A program made the position numbers and the translations under genes. A DNA stretch of 64,000 nucleotides from the human T2T-CHM13v2.0 reference genome, Homo sapiens, in NCBI RefSeq assembly GCF_009914755.1, contig NC_060939.1; one strand, given 5' to 3'. The notes under the pieces were generated by a model, which was given only the letters and a program-made list of their open reading frames with translations, made no database searches and was not told the origin of the DNA. Below are positions 54,151 through 64,000 of this stretch, in pieces (the stretch's first letter is position 1; each line of letters begins with the position of its first letter).

Positions 54151-56014
54151 GAGGCATATGGCAGAGGGTACAGCCTTTGGCTGTCCTTGCTAAGCAGTAG
54201 CTGTTAATTATTATCAGACACAGGAAACATGGGCTAGAGCCACCGGATGCTGCTTTTATTCCTGAGATCTCTTATAAGACCTTTAGCAAAAATGCTAATA
54301 AATCTGAGTGACAGAGCAGAGGCCCCACGCTCTGTGTCCCTGCAGTTAAAAGGTTGCATAGGGAATGAAACCACTATGGCAGGAAGTATTCATCAGCGAA
54401 CACTGTCCCGATGTGCACTCCCCCATCGGCTTCCTCCTCCTGCTCTCGGTCAGCCTTAACTGCCTCCCCTCGCTAGGCCTGAACCTCCCTGGTCTGTTGT
54501 CAGGTTTGCCTTTCAGTCAGTAACCAATTGGGCTTTTTATCTGAAGATTATGTGTGGTTTTTTTTTTCTATTTAAATCAAGTCCTTTTAGTTTTATTGGC
54601 ATCCCATTGCCACAGAATGCATCTTCCTTGAGAATGTTTTGAAAATTTTACCAAGAAAACAGTTTGTGAAAATATAGGTTATTTTAGAAGCTGTACACGA
54701 ATATGAATTAGACTGAGTCTTCAAAAAAATTGCTGTTGGAAAACATGTTAGTATCTTAAAAATACTTCCTCTGAAAAGGTTACTTGCCTCATTTTCTTCC
54801 CCACAACTCTTAAAAGCAGATGAGAGCTGGTGCTCACAGAGAAGACCGCTCTGTGTCCTGCATCCAGATGACATGCTTTCTGTCGGCTTCTTGTCGGGCT
54901 GAGCTTGAAGGGATGGCCCTGTGGGGTTCCCCTGCTTTCTGGGGCGATATCAACCCAGCCAGCCTGGGGTTTGCCAGGACCGGAGGACTCTTCTGGTAGG
55001 CTCCAGCCCCAGGCTTCCCTGAAGCCTTTCCACATCTCCTTTTTCCTTCTTACCAGCTGTTTACATGCCAGGAATCCTTGCTTGTCTCCTCGTCCTCTGG
55101 ATCTCCTCCTTGGAGATGGGACTGTGGCTTTTCTGCTTTCCCAGGAGCAAACCCAAAGGTTATGGGAGGAGTGAAGTGCAGGTGAAAGCAAACCTCTGGT
55201 TCTGCATCAACACCAAGGAAATCACTGAGTTTCACCTGAGTGTGTGGATGGAAATATCAGGGCTGCTTTTTTTCAGTTTCCCAAAGCACATCCTGCAGAA
55301 TGTCTGTCCACTTGGAAACCTGAGCTCTCTAGTCTTGAGTGAGCTCCACACTCATGGCCTGTGTGCTGGAGAACCAAATGGAGGTGGCTGGAAGCCAAGG
55401 CAAAGCCCCTGCAGAGAGGCCCACTCCCAGGAGGCTTGCAGGTGCTTGGCCACACTCAGGGGAAAAGGACCACTCCTCCTCCACGGCGCTGGGCCAGGCC
55501 CCTCCCTGCGTCTCCCTCTTCCTGTTCCCTTCTCCTGCACAGCAGCAGCCCGGAAGTATGTGTTCCCCAGTGTGGGTTCAACAGCATCACCAGCCAGGAA
55601 ACCCTCATACTCAGAACTTGGTTTTGGGGCTTACTCTTCAAAGCCCTGGTGCTGAGCCATGGAAAGAGACACAGTCCCCCGTGAGATGGCATAAGTATAA
55701 ATTCACAAAAGGCTTGAAGACACACCCTGAGGGCAGTTCTTAAATCCCCTGGGGGCTTGCGATCCACACAGAGATTGTGTCCCATAAGTGTGTGAAGGTG
55801 GGTCAGCCAGTCAAGAGAAGGCCAGGAACCCAGTGTCTATTCAGCACTTTGCTGAATTCCCTATGTACATCTTGGTTCTGGTTTACTCCTAGAGCATGCG
55901 AAAGCTCAATTCTCAGGCAAAGTCATCTGTTGCCATGTTCCAAAGCTTTATTTAACTCATCAGTAAGGGAACCAGCGAAAAGACAAATGATCTGGCTCCA
56001 CAAGCATTTGGTAA

Positions 56015-56326
<312 letters not shown>

Positions 56327-56782
56327 AGTAACTGGGATTTTTAAGTTCTGTTGGGAAACAAATGTGGAAATAAGATGCTAAGTTAAGGCAAACCTCTACA
56401 AAGCAATGAAAAAAATGCCAAATTTGGAGTTAACTTGTTTACTAGGCAGTAAAAGTCATAAGCTATCAATTCTGCAGGCTAATCTCACAGGGCTATAAAC
56501 CTCTTTATTTAACCAATTGTGAATGATTAGATAAATATTTGTCACACTGCTCAAGAGCTTCCGAATGGGATCAGTCAGACTTATTTGCATTCTAGTAGAA
56601 TATCACAGATTCCAGAAATCATCATTTTTCCCTTTTTCAAGTTTGGAATCAACGTTTCCATAACAATCAGCTAAAATATGGTGATTGACAAGTTGTGAGT
56701 GATCACGTAGCACTGGGTGAAGGTGCTGCTTTTTGGCCTGCACAATGCACTTGAGCTCCGGTGTAGATACTGCAAGGCCATG

Positions 56783-57318
56783 TGTGGGAGGCAGCTTCTG
56801 ACACAGCTCCCAACCATTCCTGCCTCTTGACATCGCATCTTTGTGTTGTCCCCTGCCCTTGGGTGTGGGCTGGACGTGGTGACTTGCTGTTAATAAACAA
56901 AATACAGCAGAAGTGACAGATGTCACTTCCAAGACCAGGATACAAACACTGTGACTTCTGTCTTGCTCAGGCTCTCTCTGACTCTTCTCACATGGTTGCT
57001 CTGATGAAACAACTCTGATGTTGTGATCTCACCTATGGAAAGGCCCACGTGGCAAAGAACTGAGCTTCTTAGTTCAACAACCCTCAGAAACAATTCTGTG
57101 AATGATCACATGAGTAAGCTTGGAAGAGAATGCTTCCTCATTTGAGCCTTCAGACGAGACTGCAGCCTCAACTCACATTTTGGTTGCAGCCTTGTGAGAG
57201 ACCCTGAGAAGGTGCACTCTGACTCCTGCCCCACAGAAATGGTGAGATTATGAATATGTGTTATTTTAAGTCCCTAAATCTGGGAGTTGTCGTTTCACAG
57301 CAATAGGTAACTGATGCA
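56783..57318 (+). mobile_element. MLT1F-like MaLR solo LTR
   Basis: tgtgggaggcagcttctga...gtgtgggctggacgtggtgacttgc...cacagcaataggtaactgatgca. Confidence 0.85.
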
Positions 57319-58013
57319 GCATCCATGAAATTTATAGTGTTGATTGTTCTTGGATATATGCTTCTCAGCAGAGCTGTGTTTCATCTTTGCCGGCTTCTCC
57401 CATCTCCTTTCTCCTGCTTCTCTACTCCCCCTTTCCTATTATTTATTAATCTTCCTTTCTTTATTCCCACTCCATTTGAGTTCCACTTCTCTGCAACTGT
57501 AATTGCATCCTTGGCCATTGATTAGGGAGGCTTAACTAGAGGCACCTTATTTGTGGAGACAATGTGCAGGTCAGAAAGATTCCCCATCCTTGGCCAGTAG
57601 CAAAATCGTTTTCTTTGTTGAAATCAATTGCTTCCAACTTACTGTGGCTACATCATCCAGGGCTGCAATGCTTCTTATTTGGTCTTGAGCCAATGCTTAG
57701 TGTTTGAATGAAATTGGCTTTAGCATTCTTTCCTCAGGGGAGTGTGGACAAATAAATTTTCTGCTTAAGAATGCAGTTTCTTTCTGACTCAAACAGCTGA
57801 TCCTATAAACTTGGACTTCATAGTCATCAGTTTCAATTCAGAACCAACCTTTTAAAAATTATATGTTATTTTGATATAAAAAGTACCAAAAGCAAATCTT
57901 CTGAAGGAATAGAACTCCAGACGGTTTTATTAGGTTTCCAAGGTTATTAGTCTAAGAATATGTTGCAAATAAATACATAAATAATGACCACAATAATCAT
58001 AATCATACCTATC

Positions 58014-58066
58014 TTTTTAATTTTTTTATTTCTATGGGTGTATAGTAGATGTATATATTTATGAGG
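58014..58066 (-). mobile_element. ~55-bp L1MA 3' tip inserted in an antisense MIR
   Basis: ttttatttctatgggtgtatagtagatgtatatatttatgaggtac; TSD tacctatc at 58006-58013 and 58067-58074. Confidence 0.7.
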
Positions 58067-58765
58067 TACCTATCCTTTTTTTGGTACTTGCTGTGTGCCA
58101 GGCACTATGCTATGTAATCACCACCACAACCATATTAAAATAGGAACTGCTATCCTCATTTCAAAACTGAGGCAGTGAGAACCAGAGACTACACATAAAT
58201 TGTCCCCAGGAATTTTTGGAATGCCTGCGTGGATTTGTATTTGTATAAGTGTTTCTAGTGACTAAAAATGAAAACCCAGGGAACTAAAGAAGAAAACAAT
58301 TAGTAGATTAATCTATTAGGTCATAAAGTTGACAGGGTATTATAGAAAGTTGGGTGGGTTCTTCAGAATCCACCTATCTCACTGTTATCTATTTTAAAAG
58401 TTCAGAGCCATACATGATGACAGATATTTATTTCCTTTATGTTTATTTTTTTATTTGGGAAAGTTGTTTATTCTATTTGAAAAGATAGACACTAAAATGA
58501 AACACTGAATTTTACCAGTCGCTGACATGTGTAAGTAGTCCACTAATATGGGCCGATGAGAAAGCCCAAAAGCTGAAATTCTCCTGTATTTGTGAAATCT
58601 TAATTCTTTTTTCTTAATGGAAAGAGCCACTGCCATCGACTCTCTTGGTTTCACTTACTCTAAGTGGAACTCTAAGTGGTCTGGAAACTTCCAAGTATAA
58701 GCAACCAGCCCACTGGAATTTCTAACCAAATGTCCCTTAGACACCCTTCCCTGTGTCCCTTTTTA

Positions 58766-58990
58766 ACATGCACAGTCACACACAGTTATGCGAATGTGCA
58801 CATACATTCACACACACATGTGCATGCAAACATGCACATATATTCACACACACTCAACATAAACATGCACACAGAAGTCACAAACACACATACACACTAT
58901 TAAACACATGCACACTCACATGGACACGCACACACACAGCACATGCATGCACATGCTCACACATGGACACCTAAACATACAGGCACACCT
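58766..58990. repeat. Degenerate (CA)n/(CATG)-rich tract
   Basis: Long imperfect purine-pyrimidine alternation. Confidence 0.85.
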
Positions 58991-59510
58991 AGTCTATGAT
59001 CCATTCAGAGTTAATTTTTATATATGGTGTTAAGATGTAGATTGAGTTTACTTTACTGAAGTCCATTTGCTCCAGCATCATTTTTTGGAAAAGTCTATCT
59101 TTTCTCCATTGAATTGTCTTTGTGCCTTTGTCAAAAATCAGTTGTCTTTTGTTTTGGTAATAAACGTGTCTATCCTTTACTATCCCAATACTATACTGTC
59201 TTGGCCACAGGAGGTTTATAACACATCTTAAAATCAAGTGTGTGAGTCCTCTAACTTTTTTCTTTTTCAGTATTGTTTTGGCTAATCTAGTTTCTTTGTC
59301 TTTCTATATAAATTTAGAATCAGCTTGTCTGTGCCTACAAAGAAACCTGCTGGAGTGTTGACTGGGATTGCATTGAATTTATAGATCAGTGTGACTATAC
59401 TTGACATCTTAACTGTGGTATATCTTAAAATCCATAAAAACAATACATCTCTCTATTTATTTAGGTCAATTTTGGTCTCTCTTGTCTGAATTTTGTGAAT
59501 TGCTTAGTTA
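58990..59510 (-). mobile_element. L1M ORF2 fragment
   Basis: ORF fragment QLIFDKGTKTIQWRKDRLF is L1 ORF2-like. Confidence 0.75.
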
Positions 59511-60034
59511 GAATTTTTGACTGTGTCCTGGCTCTGTTGTTCTCCAGGTCTACATGGACCCCGTTCCCTTTTCCTGGCTTTGCACCACTGTCCATACCCC
59601 TTCCCCAATTACATGGAGCTCAGCCCTCTATTTTGCAAAATCCCCAGTCCTCTGTGGTTTTCAGATGAGAAGTCACTTCCTCAGAGCCTCTCTCACTCTC
59701 TCCTCCACTCCAGTCTAGCATGGGTGCCCTTCCCTTGTGCCTGACACCATCTTGTCTCTCATAGCTCTAAGCATCATATAACTGCCTCATTAATTTGTTT
59801 TTTAGGCCAGCAGCCCAAATACTCTTAGAAGGTAGAGACCCTGCCTAATTTTAGGTTGTATCCCTAGCACATAACACAGAGCAATGGCCCAGTTAATGGC
59901 AGCTGAGTGTAGGAATGGAGCAATGAAGGAGTGAAAGGAACTGAAAAGGGGGAAGTAAACTAGCCTTGAGTGAGGCTCTGCTCTGTGTCAAGCACCATGA
60001 AGGTAGGTCAACAGTGGTCAATAGAAATTAGACT

Positions 60035-60720
60035 GTCAGAGAGAAATTAGACAGTCATTATTAGACAGTGAAACACAGTCAGACAGAAAGGTATAGAGGG
60101 AGAAAGGAAAGGAGGGAGGGGGATATATAGACAGACATTCAGGCAGGTTTTGGATAATCAGATAAATACATTCATAGGCATATGGGTAGATATGCAGACA
60201 AACAAGATAGGTTGAAAGACATACAGACAAGAAGGAAAAACATTGAGATTACAGATGGACAGACAGAAAAACAGAGTTTCCAGCATAGAGAGACAGACAG
60301 GTAGTCATATAGACAGATATATAACACAAAGACATACAGACATACTGACAAATAGACACCCAGAAACATGCATAGGTGGGTGGCTGGGTGGGTGGGTGGG
60401 TGCATGGGTGGATGGATGGATGGATGGATGGATGGATGGAGACAGGTAGAAATAGACAGGATGGCAGAAAGAAAGAAACATGGATAGTTAGACATCTACT
60501 TAGCAGACACATGACCAACAGAAGGGGAGACAGAAAATCAGGAAAGAGGAAGGCAGACAGACAATGAGAAAATTAATAAGAAAGATAGATACATACGGAC
60601 AGGAAAAAATATATATCAAAAGATACATAGGTAGGTAGGTAGGTGTGTGGAACAAGAAAGGGAGAGATAGAATATAGATTGAAGATAGATGATAGGTGGA
60701 CAGACAGGCAGGCAGACCAA
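60035..60720. repeat. Degenerate GATA/GACA/GGAT/GGGT simple-repeat tract
   Basis: (ggat)n, (gggt)4, (agac)n and (aggt)n blocks. Confidence 0.85.
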
Positions 60721-61967
60721 TAGTATGTTTTTATTTAGGTTTATTTAAACTTAACAAAGTTCTAAGAAAGATATGGTATCTTCCGCATGTATTGATGGGG
60801 AAGTGGATTCACAGGGGTTTAGTGACTTCCTAAAGACCACACTTGAAGAGAATGGCAAAACCTCAACTCAAAACTAGCCCTGCCTTTCCCCGGGGTTTGT
60901 GCCAGCACAGCCTGCATGGATTCTCCAGCCCACATCACTTCAGCTGCTAAACAAAGTGCACCTTTCTACTCTTCTCTTGCTTGCATCTGCTTCCATGCTG
61001 GAGCCCAGACCCCTCTCATTTCTTGTATCTTATTTAATAGCTTCAGTAGGAAATGATGCTTGAAGTATGGTTTATTATGTGAGCAGGGGGCAAAGAGTTT
61101 GGGAGGCCTTAAAGTAGAGATGAGTGTCCTGCTCCTTCCCTCCCGGGTCCTGAGCTCCTAAGAGCCCTCATGACCATAGCCAGTTTTCCTTCTGGACAGT
61201 TTTCTACCCATGAGACCTTTTTCCTGTTAGTATTGTTTAACCATGCTATAACACATTAATATTCTGATGTGTCTTAGAGACACTTTCATGTTGACACCTG
61301 TAATGTAGTCCAGGTACTGATATAATAGGCTTGATTCAGCCAGTCTCCTATGGACAAACTTTTTTTACATTTCCAGCTATGCTGTAGGGAACATCCTTAG
61401 ACATGCCTCTTTGTACACATAAGCAGAGTGTTCTCTCAGCAAGATACTGAGAGGCAGAATTGTACAGTTACAATTCTATATATGTATTCTATATTAAAAT
61501 GTGTATTCTATATTAAAAACAATTTTAGATCCTAAAAAAATGCCCCCTGCTGACCTCACCACTAGCCCAATATTCCCCTACTAGCAGTGTTAAAAACTAC
61601 CAATTTCACTTCACCAGGACTTGATGTTTTCAGGCTTTTTTTCCCTTGCCAATTTGATGCATGAGGGCTTGGGTGAGGGTGGTTAGTGATTATCTTGTCT
61701 AATTTGTATTTTCATCATTATGACTAAGGTTGATTCTCTTTTCATTTGTTGACTAGTCATTTGAGTTTTCTGTAAATTACATATTCATATAATATGTAAA
61801 TTTTTTAATTCGTCCTTTGAATATCAATCCCTTGTTTTTATGTTTTTTCCAGAATTTCTTATTCTGTTATATAACTTTAAAATATCTATGATTTTTTTCT
61901 CATACAGAACTTTGTTTATTGTCTTTGGTTTTTGCTATTATCAGTTTTATCAACTTTATTTTGATGG

Positions 61968-62357
61968 TGTATTAGTCTGTTTTCACACTGCAATAAAGAG
62001 CTGCCCAAGATTGGGTAATTTATAAAGGAAAGAGGTTTAATTGGCTCACAGTTCAGCATGGCTGAGGAGTCCTCAGGAAACTTACAATCATGGCTGAACG
62101 TGAAGGGGAAGCAAAGCACATTTCTTTACAGGGCAGCAGGAAGGAGAAATGCAAGCAGTGGAAATGCCAGGCACTTAGAGAACCATCATATCTCATGAGA
62201 ACTCATTCACTATCAGGAGAACTCACTCACTATCATGAGAACAGCATGGGAGAAACCACCCCCATGATCCAATGACCTCCACCTGGTCCCATCCTTGACA
62301 CATGGGGATTACAATTCAAGATAAGATTTTGGGTGGGGACATAGCCAAATCATAGAA
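61968..62357 (-). mobile_element. THE1D-like MaLR 3' LTR
   Basis: tgtattagtctgttttcacactgc...aaggagaaatgcaagcagtggaaatgccag...ccaaatcatagaa. Confidence 0.9.
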
Positions 62358-63967
62358 TTCCACATCTGGCCCCTTCCAAATCAAATCTCATGTTCTCACA
62401 TTTCAAGACATAATCATGCCTTTCCAACAGTCCCCCAAAGTCTTAACTTATTCCAGCATTAACCCAGAAGTCCGAGTCCAAAATTTCATCTGAGACAAGG
62501 CAAGTCCCTTCTGCCTATGAACCTGTAAAGTCAAAAGCAAATTAGTTACTTCCTAGATACAATGGGGGTACAAGCATTGGGTGAATACAGCCATTCCAAA
62601 TTGGAGAAATTAGCCAAAACAAAGGGGCTGCAGGCCCCATGCAAGTCCAAAATCCAGTAGGGCAATGTTAAACCTTAAAGTTCCAAAATGATCTCCTCTG
62701 ACTCCATGTCTCACATCCAGGTCATGCTGATGGAACAGGTGAGCTCCTATAGCCTTGGGCAGCTCCATCCCTGTGGTATTGCAGGGTATAGACCCACTCC
62801 TGGCTGCTTTCACAGCCTTGTGTTGAGTGTCTGCAACTTTTCTAGGTGCACAGTACAAGCTGTTGGTGGATCTACCATTCTGGGATCTGGAGCATAGTGG
62901 CTCTCTTCTCACAGCTCCACTAAGCAGTACCTCAGTGGGGACTCTGTATGGGGGCTGTGACCCCACATTTCCCCTCTGCACTGCCCTAGCAGAGGTTCTT
63001 CATGAGGGCTTTGCCCCTGCAGCAAACTTTTGCCTGGACATCCAAGCATTTCCATAGATCCTCTGAAATCTAGGCAGAGGTTAACCTCAATTCTTGACTT
63101 CTGTGCAGCTGCAGGCCAAACACCACATGAAAGCTGCCAAGGCTTGGGGCTTGCACCCTCTGAAGCAACAACCTGAGCTGTACATTGGCCCGTTTTAGCC
63201 ACAGCTGGGACACAGAGCACCAAGTCCTAAGACTGCACAAAGCAGCAAGGCCCTGGGCCCGACCCACAAAACCGCTTTTTTCCTCCTAGGCCTCCTGGCT
63301 TGTGATGGGAGGGGCTGCTGTGAAGACCTCTGACATGCCCTGGAGACATTTTCCCCATTGTCTTGGTGATTAACATTTGGCTCCTCATTACTTACGTACA
63401 TTTCTACAGCCAGCTTGAATTACTCCTCAAAAAATTGGTTTTTCTTTTCTATCGCATTGTCAGGCTGCAAATTTTCTGAACTTTTATGCTCTGCTTCCTT
63501 TTAAACATAAGTTCCAATTCCAAACCATATCTTTGTGAATGAATAAAACTAAATGCTTTTAAGAGCACCAAGTCATCTCTTGAACGCTTTGCTGCTTAGA
63601 AATTTCTTCCACCAGATACCCTAAATCATCTCTCTCAAGTTTAGAGTTCCACAGATCCCTAGGGTAGGGGCAAAATGCCACCAGTCTCTTTGCTAAAGCA
63701 TAAAAAGGGTCACCTTTGCTCCAGTTCCCAACGAGTTCCTCATCTTCATCTGAGACCACCTCAGCCTGGACTTGATTATCCATCTCACTGTCAGCATTTT
63801 GATCAAAGCCACTCAGCAAGTCTAGGAAGTTCCAAAGTTTCCCACATCTTCCTGTCTTCTGAGCCCTCCAAACTGTTCCAGCCTCTGCCTGTACCCAGTT
63901 CTAAAGTCACTTCCACATTCTTGGGTATCTTTATAGCAGCGCCCCACTCTCTGTGGTACCAATTTAC
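62358..63967 (-). mobile_element. THE1-int internal sequence of the MaLR provirus
   Basis: Typical THE1/MST internal sequence (gagacaaggcaagtcccttctgcctatga...agcagcgccccactctctgtggtaccaatttac). Confidence 0.9.
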
Positions 63968-64000
63968 TCTATTAGTCTGTTTTGATACTGCTATAAAGAA
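63968..64000 (-). mobile_element. Start of the second (5') THE1D LTR, cut by the window edge
   Basis: tctattagtctgttttgatactgctataaagaa repeats the start of the 61968 LTR. Confidence 0.85.

Noticed and set aside
55065-55655. 196-aa ORF in unique GC-rich sequence
   Set aside because: No recognisable domain, overlapping ORFs in several frames on both strands, and no exon structure, as expected by chance in GC-rich DNA.

Overview
Primate genomic DNA, most likely human or great ape: an AluYe5-type element, L1PA, THE1 and an hY3 retrocopy are all present. It looks intergenic or intronic and is dominated by nested interspersed repeats (about 17 Alu-derived elements, L1PA/PB/MA/MC/ME fragments, L2, MIR, MaLR LTRs and a THE1D provirus, Tigger3, MER5, MER58). 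I recognise no protein-coding gene, CpG island, tRNA or rRNA. The ORF track is explained by L1 ORF2 remnants, Alu or LTR read-through, and chance ORFs. I cannot name the locus, and I see no evidence of a new enzymatic or multi-gene system. The signal that repeats do not explain is a cluster of short local templated duplications. These are a ~470-bp inverted duplication whose left arm carries a 65-nt exon-like unit with consensus splice sites, a 333-bp direct copy inserted into MER5-in-MIR with skewed G>A differences, a ~190-bp copy fused to a tail-less L1PA fragment, and a triplicated Alu right arm. There is also a 60-bp retro-insertion of an L2-derived poly(A) end. Repeat subfamily names come from remembered consensus motifs, edges of old repeats are approximate, and identities are hand counts.
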